64,000 nucleotides of DNA. It comes from Vitrella brassicaformis CCMP3155 (lineage: Eukaryota; Protista; Chromerida). The notes under the pieces are model-generated. The model made no database searches and had not been told where the DNA came from. It worked only from the letters and a program-made list of their open reading frames with translations. The stretch spans positions 62,001 through 126,000 of the forward strand of contig CDMY01001036.1 in the NCBI GenBank assembly GCA_001179505.1, in the 5' to 3' direction. This document shows positions 49,452-61,400 of this stretch, in pieces. Within the stretch, counting starts at the first letter, position 1. The number at the start of each line of letters is the position of its first letter. The position numbers were made by a program, and so were the translations under genes.

Positions 49452-50494
49452 CAGCGGACCACAGGTACGGTTTGGCCATCTTGGCTTCTTTTTCGTTTAT
49501 TTATTTATTCTTCTCGACGTATACATACAAACCTCGTTCTTATACTTCGATAACGGATTATGATACATAAAAGTCTATCTGACTTTTATGTATCTGTCGG
49601 GCCTCGCGTCTGTCGCCTTTTCTTGGCGTCGCTGCGACGGCCAGGGAGGGGATGGCTTCCGATCCGATGCTCATGCTGTCGTACCTGTCCCTGTTAGAGT
49701 TTCGTGTCCGTGTGGCCGCTGGCTGCATCTGTCAGCGGGTGGCTGCTGGTGCTGTGGGTTGATTGAGTGGGGTCACGGTCTGTTTGCCATATATGTGCAT
49801 TTGTCATGGTTCTGTGTGTCTTCCGTGTCTCCTCTCTATCGGTGGCACACAGAACGAATCGCAATGTCTGCCCTGCAATCGCAATGTCGTACTCGTCCAT
49901 TGACGTCCTGATGTTTATGGCGAATAAACACTCCCTGTCGTCCATCTGTTGGATTCGCCAGAGGGATGTACGGCATCGCTCATATCATCGCACAAGCTGG
50001 GAGGGAAAGAGGATAGCGTGCTTTCATGCGTAGCTGGTGTGTGGTAGGTAGACCGACTTTTTCTGGCCCGTCCCTGCCTGCCTCAAGTGCGCATTGGATC
50101 GATTTACTTTCCTGATGTGTCTGTTGTCAGTATAAGCCCCTTTTATGAAACGTTGTGCGTCCAATGCATGCATCTTCACCGTTGAAATCCATAAAGCAGA
50201 TCATTCATGAGCAAAGCGGAAGGAGAAGAGCCTCCCCATAGTGTCGACAAATAAGTATATTCCACACCTCCCTAGAAAACATCCTCATCTCACCTCTCAC
50301 TTGACACGACACCAACGAGAAAAGGCCGTACACGGGGCTCGTCAACTCACACACACACGGAGCAAAACATCCATCATCGATGTCGATGTCTGTCCATGAT
50401 CATCCAGCAGGCAGGCCTTCGCGCCTTCCCACGCAACACACACATAGATACTTACCTACACACAACACTCACTCGCCCACGATCAGTCACGCCT

Positions 50495-51703
50495 TCACGC
50501 CTTCTGACCATTTTCCTTGCTTTTTCCCGGGCTCTCTCCCTCTCCCTGTCCACCGGTCTTATCGTTCTCATCAGCCGGCTCCACTGGGTCGCTCTCCTGC
50601 TGGGCTGCCTCAGCCTCAGCCTCAGCAGCAGCAGCAGCAGCAGGGTCGTCAATCGTCACAGTTGTGCAGTCGAGGGAGTCGGGTGAGAGGGAGAGGCGAT
50701 ATAGCTTGTCGAGTATGGCCACTCCCAGCGTCCCGGGGCCCTCGGCCACGTGCCGCGCCTCCCGTGCTGCCTGCTTGACGGCGGCGAGGGCCGTCACGGT
50801 GGCCAGGAAGGGGTCGCCTTTGCTCGACGTCAGAGCAGCTGCGCAGACGGCACCCACTGCGCACCCTGGAGTGCACACACAGACGCACAGACGCACAGAC
50901 ACACAGGCAGACAGAAACATGGGTGAAGACGACACAATCGCTGGCTGTCTTTGTGTTGATGGTCCATCTAGGTAGGCACCTGATCCAGTGATCTTGGTGA
51001 GCATCTTGACGTCTTGGCTGACCCTGCCGACCCTCTGGCTGACACTCGGCTTGTCAGCCACAACGTCGACCCCTCCCGTGATGGCCACCACACAGTCATA
51101 CTTGTCAGCCACGACCCTTGCGGCCTCGACGCTCTCCTCCGCCCCCTTCGGCGAGCTGTCGACGCCCTTGCCGCCTCCCGCCCTGCCGGCCAGTGTCATG
51201 ATCTCGCTGGCGTTGCCTTTGATGAGATCGGGGCGGCCCTGCTCAATGAGGTACTGGATCTGGTCGGTCCGGTACTCGGTCGCCCCCACCGCCACAGGGT
51301 CTACGATGAAGAAGGGCTGCGGCACGTCTGCTGACCGGCGGTAGTCTATGACGGCGTCGATGGCCTGGATCTGGGACATGTGCAGGCCCGTGTTGAAGTA
51401 CAGGGCCTGCGCAAGACGCGCGAACTGCGGGATCTGCACACGCAAGGAGGAGCACAGCCACAGGGGATGGAATGGATACCGATGGATGGAACGGATGTGA
51501 TGCATCCATGCCCTCGCCCACCCATTTTCCACCCATCCACGTGTGTGTCTGACCTCATAAGGGTTCTCGACCATTGCGGGCGATGCGCCGCACGCGAGGA
51601 GGAAGTCAGCCACCCGCTGCACCGATACCCTGTTGGTGATGCATTGGACGAGAGGATTGGACTCCCGGAGGGCACGCCAATAAACAGAGAGGGGATGAGG
51701 CAT
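50495..51703 (-). CDS. thiM: Hydroxyethylthiazole kinase (thiamine salvage)
   Basis: NPLVQCITNRV, LLACGASPAM, DPVAVGATEYR, IKGNASEIMTLAG, GKGVDS, VVAITGGVDVV, MLTKITGSG|CAVGAVCAA (GxGC motif), GPGTL. Confidence 0.95.
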   Translation of the reverse strand: MPHPLSVYWRALRESNPLVQCITNRVSVQRVADFLLACGASPAMVENPYEVRHTRGWVENGWARAWMHHIRSIHRYPFHPLWLCSSLRVQIPQFARLAQALYFNTGLHMSQIQAIDAVIDYRRSADVPQPFFIVDPVAVGATEYRTDQIQYLIEQGRPDLIKGNASEIMTLAGRAGGGKGVDSSPKGAEESVEAARVVADKYDCVVAITGGVDVVADKPSVSQRVGRVSQDVKMLTKITGSGAYLDGPSTQRQPAIVSSSPMFLSACVSVRLCVCVCTPGCAVGAVCAAALTSSKGDPFLATVTALAAVKQAAREARHVAEGPGTLGVAILDKLYRLSLSPDSLDCTTVTIDDPAAAAAAEAEAEAAQQESDPVEPADENDKTGGQGEGESPGKSKENGQKA

Positions 51704-51906
51704 CGATGCATCATACGCTCACACTCGGGGAGGAAGGCAAGGGTTTCTTACCCTGTAACCCTGAAGGTTCCTGCACACCTCCAACATCTGAGCCGCTGAA
51801 GACTCCCTCTTTCTTTGCCTCTCATCACCATCAATCTGCCCCTGCCCTGGATCTTCCCATCTATCGTCCGTCATCTATCTATCGGCCTGATCGCATCTGG
51901 CTGACC

Positions 51907-53869
51907 ATGAATTTCGCTCAGCGGAGATCAGGGGTTACCATCTTCGGCAGTACGGAGGGCCACATGCGTCTGGCGGGCCGGTTCTGGCGCAGGTCCAACC
52001 GGCACACGCCGCAGGTGGTGCGGGTGCCCAACCCTCAGGGCCCTCCGCCGCCCATCAGCTACTCATTCATGTGGATACTCGGCATGGACACTGTCAGGCT
52101 CGACTGCTTCCAACAGGCACTCACCCAGTTCGCCAGGGACAAATCCATCCTCGGTGAGTCGGGAGAGAGGGAGGGAGGGAGGGAGGGAGGGAGAGAGGCA
52201 GACGGGCAGACAGACAAGGCAGATCAGACAGGGCGAGCGAGCAAGGAAGAGCTCCCGTCCTTTGCACTGACTGGCCCTTCTGTTTGTTTGCCTGTATGTA
52301 TGTATGTGTGATGCGATGCTCCCTCCCCTTTGACTCATGAATCCATTAGTGAATCGTTGCGGCCCTGCGATCAAGATGGTGGAGAAGTGCATGCAGGCCA
52401 GCGTCCGGCACGTGTATCTCGTGGAGCCCCACCAGGACGCCTGGGAGCTGGCCGCTCGGTGGCTGGAGCAGCGCAAATGGATGCTCCAGGAGACCTTTGC
52501 CTACCCGGGGGACTCTCGCGGCTTGGACGCACAGGACAACGTCTATTACAAGGAGTTGAGACGCAAGGGCTTTGGGTTCGACAGGGCCAGGTGGGTCAGC
52601 CGGTTCAGCCATGGCGTGGGGTACCCCAAGGTCAACATCTTCCGCCAGATCACCGAGACGCCCAACGAGGTCAAGGCTGACGTCCTCGTCCACGAGCTGT
52701 CGGGCAACCTGGCCAGCGAGCAGGGAAGCATACTGGACGTCATCAGGGCCAAGAAGAAGGTCCTCGTTACGGGCGGCAGGGTGCTGCCCGGGGTGGTCGA
52801 GACGTGGATCGCTCCCGTGGCTCCGCTCAGGCTCTCGTGGTACGACAGGTACCGCAACTGGCGATGGTGGAATATATGGCCAAACGAAGAGGAAGAGGGC
52901 CTCTATGACGTCAGGAAGTTCCCTCGTGAGCGGGGCGGGGCGGGCCGCGCACACAAAACAGGCCACTGAGTCTTTCCTCGTGTGTCTTGCTCTCTCTCCT
53001 TCCCTCCCTCCCTGCATCCCTCCCTGCCTGCCTCTCTCCTTGGTTCAGTCGATTTGCTCTTGGCGCCCCCGCAGCTGTTCGAGCGGTACGACCTCAACAG
53101 CCACGTCCGCGACTTGCAGAAGAGCCTGCAGCAGACGCGGGAGCTGTCCTTCACCCTGCCCTACGACTCCCAGCTGGCCGGCTTCGTCATTTTCATGCGC
53201 TCGGTGCTCGTGGAGCCGGCGCAAGCCAGCCCAGACAATGTCGCTGAGCAGGCCAGCCGGGGGGAGGACAGCTCAGAGGAGAAACAGCAGCCAAAGACCG
53301 GTCTGGAGGGTGCGTTGCGGAGCAAGATTGCGGAGCTGGAGACCCAGCTGGAGAAGGGCAAGGGCAAGAAGAGGAAAGTGGCGCTGATGGGGCTCAGCAG
53401 GGGGGAGCAGTGGGCGAGATCCGTCACGACTGACAACGAAGCCAACAAGGGCATGGTGGCCTACGACACCCTCAACGACACCACGAGCTTCAACCCCTAC
53501 TACCTCCACCTGTGGAACCCGCCACTCGAGCCACCCGAACTGGAACTTGATGACTCCGACAAGGCAAGCACTGTGCGTGGGGTGCGGCCGTACACGCACA
53601 CAGACAGACAGACAGACAGACACGGTGCCTGTGTGTGTGGTGTGTGTGGTGTGCATTGATTGTATGCATGTCTGCAGGAGAATGTGGTTGAGTCGTTGTG
53701 GCAGGACGCCCCGTGCGACGTGCCTCTGAAGGTGCGGTGCAGCGTCGACGCACGCTACCCGGCCGCCATGTACTCGATCACCGCACAGTGGATGAACGAG
53801 AGGAAGAGCTACTGGTGGGGCGGCAGAGAGGTCCTCGCCAAGGCCAACCCACACACTTTACCCGACTGA
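51907..53869 (+). CDS. Divergent protein arginine methyltransferase (PRMT)-like protein
   Basis: MDTVRLDCFQQAL (ML-D--R--Y--AI-like), DKSIL|VNRCGPAIKM...VRHVYLVE, ADVLVHELSGNLASEQ, VLVTGGRVLPGVVETWIAPV, LLLAPPQLFERYDL, LAGFVIFMRSVL: PRMT motifs in the expected order but degenerate. Confidence 0.7.
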
Positions 53870-54479
53870 CTGCCAGTGGCGGTGAGCAGCTCAGTGGTGG
53901 GTGGGCGAGTAGAGGGGGCGGAGGGAGGGAACGACAAGACGGCCGCAGCCAATCGGTGAATGGGGGCAGGGAAAGAGGGCTGATTGGTAGGTAGATGGAT
54001 GGATGGATGGACACGTTCATGAAGTGCATCAATGTGCCTGCTGTCTAGCGCTCATGCATTCATGTCCGTGTTGTGGGTGGGTGGGCGGGTGACTCGAATG
54101 CTCGAATGAATGAATGGTGTGCGCACTCCTTCTCTTTCTGAATCTTCGGGCTTTCCATTGGCATGAAGTCTCGTCTGTCCGTCCATTCACATACATGGAC
54201 GTACGTGCACGTGCATTGACACGAGACACGTACCACATCTGGTACGTCAGGCAGGACAATGCCCTCCCCGTCTCCCCCGTCATGTAGGGCACGCACGTCT
54301 CGAGATGTGACTGAGAGCACATCTGTCGGTATCACGTCTCTCACAACCTTAGATAGGTAAGACAAGTGTCACGAAACAGCTGAGTGTGAGCCTGTTGGTG
54401 TGTTCTCGTCCTCGGGGAGCCGGCTGGCTTGGAGCCACTCAGGCCTTGTTGGTGGGCACCGAGTGACGCCTGAAACTCG

Positions 54480-57400
54480 CCGTTGCCCGTTGCTGCTCGA
54501 CAGCTGACGAAACACAAACACACATACGGGTATGCACAAAGATACCTTCTTCCTTTCGATTCCTTCCGCAGTCAGCTCACCGCTCTGTGTTTCAGTGCGT
54601 GGCCTCGATGGCGGACATCACCATCGCCTGGAAGAGATGCGCATCGCCCTAGAGACACGTGCTGCACACAACACCGCACAAAGCAACAGCACACAAAGTC
54701 TCTTTCTGTGCATCGAGAGGGTAAAAGTGGATCAACTGGGGCTCTCTCTGTGCCTACAAGCGTTCTTAGGTGGAGCATCCCGTTTAGCGCGTGTTTGGTC
54801 GAAGTGACCGATGGCCTTCTCCGACGGCCTGAAGATGCACACGTTAATCGATGTGCCGTATTGTGATTTCGCCTCTGCATTGCCTCCCAGCTTACGTGGA
54901 AAGGAAAGCTTCACGTTTCGGCCGCCTTCGGTAGAGCGGCTCTTGACTCAGAGAAGCCACGTACGTTACGACCGCAGTCAAGTTGCCTATCCTATATTTT
55001 ACACACACACAGCGAGCAAGGCGGAACAGTGAATGCTCGTAGGGTAGGCATTTTGTTGGTGCTGTTGGCATCGCTCACCTGTGGTAATAGCGTTCCTTAG
55101 TGTTTTCTCGAGCCAGATGCCTCTGCATTCTCGAGCTGCTTGTCAGTGTCCTGTCGCTTCACGGGGCCCCACGTTCGGACGCGGAGACAACGGCGCACGT
55201 CACCAACACCACACAAGTGCGCCTCTTCTGCTCGCTGACAGTCTGCTTGTCTCTCGCTGCCCTCTCAGCTGTTGCATGGTCACATCGGCTGATGGTGGTT
55301 GGTTCTCGACTTCTACATCAGCTGAGGCAGTTGAGGCCGTCTCTCGTTGCATAGCGCTGCTGGTCCACTCATTCTGCGACCTCCTGCTGTACTTGGTGAG
55401 ATCCATAGAAAGATCGCGGGATGAAGACACAATCAGGCGGAGAGGCATTGGGGGAGACACCACTTCTCTGATCGATGCGCCGCTCAGCACCACGTGCGCA
55501 GAGCATAAGGTAACGGTCTCACGTAGAACATTCCCGAGCGACCCAGCCACCACTGCCGGAAGCCTGACCACCGTCAGCCGCTCACTGAGCGACGTCGCCA
55601 GCCGTAAGAAGACCACAGTCCCCTATGGTCGTTGGCTTCCATCAGCCGCCCACTTGCCGCACAGTGGTCGCACCGCTTGGGCCTTCATCTCTCCAGTCGC
55701 CTGTAGGTGCGCGGTCTCTGCCTGCTAAAGGTCCGCTCGCGATAGCTGACCAAGAGGACCCAACAGGAACTGCTGGGCTGGGCACTGACTGGCACCTGAG
55801 CCAAACACAAATGTGCACACACACAAAGTGTATGAATAGATACTCTCTTCCTTTCAATTCCTTCCGCAGTCAGCTCACCGGTCTGCATGTCAGTGCGCGG
55901 CCTCGATGGCGGACATCACCATCACCTGGCATCGCTTTGACGAGACACGCGCTGCACAAGCACCACACACAGCACACAAAGTCTCTTTCTGTTCTGTGCA
56001 TCAAGTGGGTCAAAGTGATCAGGTGAGCTCTCCGTGTGCTTACTTACAGTCGTTTTCGGTTTGCACTGCACCATCCCGTTGAGTGTGTGTTTGGTCACGG
56101 TGCGGCCTTCTTGGAATGGCCAGTCTTCCAGTAATGGCCGGCTCCGACGACCTGAAGATGCACACGTTGATCGATTCGATGTGCCGTGTTGTGATTTTGC
56201 CTGTGCATCCCTCCCAGCGCTCACATCAAAAGGAGACCTTCACGTATTGGCCTGGACGCCTGGGTGTGTCGGCTTCACCATGCGGTAGAGCGTATCTTGC
56301 CTCAGGGAACCGACTCACGTGGCCGTCAACAACATCACGACTCGCATTGACCGCTGGGCACATACACACAGAGCGAGCAAGGCGTATGGTGATGCTCGGA
56401 GGGTACGCATTTTGTTGGTGCTGCTGGTATCGCTCACCTGTGGTAACAGCGTTCCTTAGCGCTCTTTCGTGCCAGATGCCTCTGCATTCTCGAGCTGCTT
56501 GTCAGTGTCCTGTCGCTTCTCGGCGCCCCACATGCGAAAGCGCAGACGACGGCGCACGTCACCAACACCACACAAGTGCGCCTCTTTTGCTGGCCTTGTG
56601 TCGTGCCCTCTCAGCTGCTGCATGGTCACATCGGCTGGTGGTGGTTGGTTCTCGACTTCTACATCAGCTGAGGCAGTTGAGGCCGTCTCTCGTTGCATAG
56701 CGCTGCTGGTCCACTCATTCTGCGACCTCCTGCTGTACTTGGTGAGATCCATAGAAAGATCGCGGGATGAAGACACAATCAGGCCGAGAGGCATTGGGGG
56801 AGACACCACTCCTCTGATCGATGCGCCGCTCAGCACCACGTGCGCAGAGCATAAGGTAACGGTCTCACGTAGAACATTCTCGAGCGACCCAGCCACCACT
56901 GCCGGAAGCCTGACCACCGTCAGCCGCTCACTGAGCGACGTCGCCAGCCGCAAGAAGACCATCAGGACACACGCGGCAGTGGAGTAGGGCTCTTTTGCGA
57001 GACACAGCAGTCTCCTGCGGGGTCAGCGTCCACAGACAAACGCCGGTACAGTAGATGGCGCACAGGGCCACCAAGTGACCCAGCCGGACATCCACCACGA
57101 CTTGCGTCGACACCAGCAGCTGCCTCTCCGGTCTCTCGTCTATCGTCAACGGCTGATCATTCGCCGCATTCCCCTCACCCCTCACCCCTCCCCCCCGCAG
57201 CGTCTCCACCATTAGCGAGCCCCAAAACACCGGCTGTGCCACCACTGTGAAGAAGAACGCACGCTGAGATGTCGAGTCAAGCACCGCCTCAACCACGAGC
57301 CCAGCATTATCACCAACACCACCGCCGTTCACCGACATTTCCCCGCCCCCTCCTCCACCCAGGCACCCTGTCTGTTCCTTCTCGCTCCTGTATCTGCTCG

Positions 57401-58271
57401 TCTGGTCCTTGAGTGGTCATGAATGGTGTGATACATGTGTGTGATGCGATGCCGATCTTGTCTAAGCAGCGGAACAGTTGTGGGAGGGATCAGAAGCGGA
57501 ATCGGCGCAGCGGCTCCCTCCTCTCTAGCTCCTCCCGGCGCTGCAGCGCCTCATCCCTCCGCCTCTGCATGGCCGCGGTCACCAGGGTCGCCACTCTTGG
57601 CAGCCTGGGGCCGGGCGCAGCAGGGGGGTGGGGCGATTGGATGACGGGGGCAGGGGGAGGTGAGGAGAGGCTGAGCCCTCCCTCCGACTCTTCTTCCTCC
57701 TCCCCGGCCTCAGAGGAGGCCATATACCCTGAGCTGCTGACGCTCGAGGCGGTGGAAAGGGCTCGCCGGGCCGGGGGGAGGGTGAGAGGGCTGAGTTCGC
57801 CCAGCGGCCGCGGCACCTGTCCCAGCGGTGTGACAGGGGTGCCTGTCTGCGAGTGGAGGGACGGGGTCGAGGGTGCTCGGGGGTGGAGGGGCGGAGACTG
57901 GCAGGGCGACGGCACCAGCGACGGCGGCACAGGCAGCAGCTCAGGCGTCATGACGCCTGCAGTAGAACCAAAGGAACGCAGAATGAATGCATGCATGAGT
58001 TGAATGCTTCGAAATGGAAGCGCAGTCCGAATCTTGCATGTCGCATGCCCCGTCTTATCTGCCTTGGCCTACCTGCGGCCTCGCGAGCAGGGCGGTAGTC
58101 GACGACGCTCCCCAGGCGGGCAGCTGCATTGCCCTCGAGGGCGGCCAGTGGGAGGGCGGCGGCGGCGGCTGGGCGAACAAAGGCAGCCTCTTGAAAGGGC
58201 AAGAGCCCGAGGTCGACGGAGAAGTGGCTCACCATCATTTGCAGTGATCTCTTTTTGGGGGGCGAGCTCAT
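54480..58271 (-). pseudogene. Hypothetical gene with degenerate, tandemly duplicated 3' block
   Basis: Minus-strand ORFs 57948-58271, 57490-57996, 56928-57338 and 56456-56962 look coding. The segment from LRLATSLSERLTVVRLPAVV onward recurs at 55200-55616 with stops and frameshifts downstream in both copies. Confidence 0.4.
54515..56960. repeat. Tandem duplication of ~1.1 kb (block 1 ~54515-55615, block 2 ~55815-56960)
   Basis: Collinear matches such as ttccttccgcagtcagctcacc...gcctcgatggcggacatcaccatc and ggttggttctcgacttctacatcagctgaggcagttgaggccgtctctcg...gacgtcgccagccg occur twice. Confidence 0.9.
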
Positions 58272-58442
58272 GCGGCCTCAGTTTCACGGAGCTTCTGATG
58301 ACGCAGCAGGTGCCGGCAATATCTATCAACAGAACTGAGGAGGATGCGGGTACGAGAAAGAAAGAAAGAAACGAAAAAGATCCTCGAACAAAGATGCACA
58401 GATCTGCCCTACTGGCCGTGGTGTTGTGTGCAGGTCGTTCGC

Positions 58443-61400
58443 ATGGAGATCCTTCTACCGGTTCTGCTGGGCCTCATCTCGCTGCCGGCTGGCAGTGGCG
58501 TTCCGTTTGATGTTTCTCTGGTGCAGCGGCTGGAGAGCAACGACACGGACCAGGAACTGTCTCCACTCATGCAGATCCGGAACTCCATCTCCATGAGTGC
58601 ACGGCGGGAGGACGATGCGGCAAGATATGCAAATGACTACGGGCGAGCCATCTTGCGGCTGGCGAGAGTCTTGTGCGAGTGTGCCGTGCGCTCCGTGCAA
58701 GAGCAAGTAGGGCAGCTGCTGGTTGAAATTGCAGAGGCTGGACCTCGGGCTACTAAGGCTCTCCTACGGTGGGCTCTCATACAATACACACGAAGGCAGG
58801 ATTGCCTACACACGGCGTGCTTCTGCTTCAGGGTGGGTGCCATCCCCTCTCTTGTCGAGGCGCTCGGACTCGTTTTGTACACTCTCGAAGCGACGGGCCG
58901 AGAGCTCTTCACATACGATGTCTTCTTCCCTTTATTCCTCGTGACGGACAAGGCGAAGGAGAATTGCTTCCGACGGGTGGATGAGCTGGTGGAGTGGGGT
59001 GGAGTGCCCCTGCTCATGAAGCTGCTCGACGACAAACCGCTGTTTATCAGGACAGCTGCGACCAAGACTCTAAGGAATATGGTGACCGGTAAGTGGTCAG
59101 CTTGCCACGCCAGAATGGTGCGTGGTGTGATGCTATTGCTTGCTTCTTGTCGCCCGCAATTTTGTTGAAGCGTTATCAACGGGCAGTCCCTGCCCGCAGT
59201 CTGTCAGGACCGACGTGATAGATGTCTTGTTCCAACGAGGGCTGCTGACAAGGCTCTCACCGTCGGTTTTGCCGTCCGACTACGTCGACCTCCAGCTTCA
59301 TGCCGCCAACGCCATGGTCAGAACAGTGTTGGAAACATCAGTCAAGATCGGTCAGTGAGATACCACAAGGAGGTGCATGTATCGGAGAAATCATTTGTTG
59401 CTTGACCTGTGTGTGCACGATGGCAGGAGGGAAGCCACAGGCACAGTCCGCGCTTCTTTCCGACATAATGGACGGATCTATCCTGCCCAACGCCGTAACA
59501 GCCCACCGGGAGGCCGATCGCAGTGACGGAAGAAGCCAGGCCTTCTGGGAACTTTTTCTGGTTTCTTGTGGCCCACTGATGAAGTGGGGAAACGACACAC
59601 AGGTGCGCTAGCTGGCCCCTGCACCACACCAGGGACGGAGCAGCCGGAGACGCTCATGTGTGTCGTGTGTTGCAGCGTTATCACGCGGTCGATCATGGGT
59701 GTGTGGAGCTCTCGTGTGAGGTGCTTGGGGGCCAGGGGGAGTATAGATGGGAATTGGAAGGAGTGGACCTGACGATGATCTATATTATCGGATCCCTCAA
59801 TGATCTCCTCCGGTAAGGCTTTCCCTGTCGCCATCTCGTCCTGTCGCCATATCGTGGTTTTTCAATGGCAGGAACAGTAGCGTCGCCTTGAGCGGTCGCG
59901 CGAAGGACATCATCTTCAACAAGGTCGGTCTGCTCCGTTCACTAGCCCATGTCTGTTTGGTGTGTGTGTTTGCACTGCAGAGCGGCTGTCTGCACTCTAT
60001 CCAGAAGCTCGCCAGCTACAGTCATGACATCATCACCAGGACGACAGCCAAGGACACGATGGCCGCCCTGGCCACTGGCGCTTGTCCCCGGCCCCTGACT
60101 GACATCCATGGGAGTGAGTGCCCACGATGTCCGCTGCCCACGGCCGACATCCATTGGGGGGAGGATGGCTCGCTGGACGACGACAATCCCAGGATGACAT
60201 CACAGGAGTGCGGTGTAGGCCGAGTTCGTCTCTCGCAGCAGTCTCCCTCCTGTGCGCGATGGGTCGGTGCCGCCCTGCTTGGCCTGGTCGCCCTGTCAGT
60301 CGTGTGTGCTGTCGTTGTCCGTCCCCTCATCCCTTCATGGCGGCAGAGCACCACCTCATCCGGTACTCGAGCACCAGAAAGCGGCAAATCGGCTGCAGTG
60401 GTTGCTCAGCTCAAGGGTGCCATCAGCGAGGCGGTTGCAAAGACACAGAGGTCAGCAGATGAGTACAGCGATGGCTCCACTGGCTATGCAACGTGTATAT
60501 CTGTGTTGGCGCAGTTTGGAGTCGTCTCTTGCAGCCGCGAAGGCCACCCGTTCTCGCGTCACGCAGCGGGAAGATCAGCTGAAAGAGGACATCAAGCAGC
60601 TCAAGCAGCAGACCACTTCGCACAAGTGAGCGGTGTTCGGTCAGCAACGAGAGGGACCTAGAGCGGTGGATGTGTTTCTTTCTGCAGCTTGAGTCGTGAC
60701 GCATTGGCGGCCTTGACAACCTCAGCCGCCATCGGTGAGTTCGCCGACAATATAGCCAATGAGGAGGGGCGGCTGGAACAGCTGCACGGCCAGCTGTGGT
60801 ATCGAGTACTCGACATAGCCAAGACGGGACAGCACCAGCAGCAGCAGTGTGCCAACGATAGTATCGATAGCGATCGGCCGACTACCACACACAGAGCAGA
60901 GGGGTGAGAAGAGGAAGGGAAAGACAGACAGGGGCGCCTGTCTGTCAACTGTCGTGGTGTTCTTCCGCCCATCCACAGGTGTTCGTCGGCTGATGTGTCG
61001 CCCTCGGCGTCGGCCGTGGATGCCGAGTCGCTGACCAAGGAGCTGCGACAAATGCTCAAACGAACCATCAACCAGATCAAAAAGTGAGAGAGTCGACGGC
61101 GCACGCAGAGTCGACGGCGCACGGTGCATTCACAGCGTTTGTGCCGGCCACTTACGTGTGTAATTCAGGTTCGAGGGCGACATAGCTAGAGAGCGGGGCA
61201 GATGTGCGTCCTTGGAAACAGACGTGGCGGCACTCGAGCAACAGCGACGCGACCTGCAGCAGAAAGCGGCCGCTGGGTAAAAGGCAACCGATTCACGCGC
61301 ATTGTCTGCCATCCATCCACTCATTTATCAGGTTGACCGAGTATCGTCTATCGGTGATCGACACTGCTACTGATGTAGAGGCCTTCAAGCGCGACATCAC

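Noticed and set aside
61089-61123. 17-bp direct repeat AGAGTCGACGGCGCACG
   Set aside because: Only two copies inside an intron; simple slippage duplication, not a CRISPR-like array.
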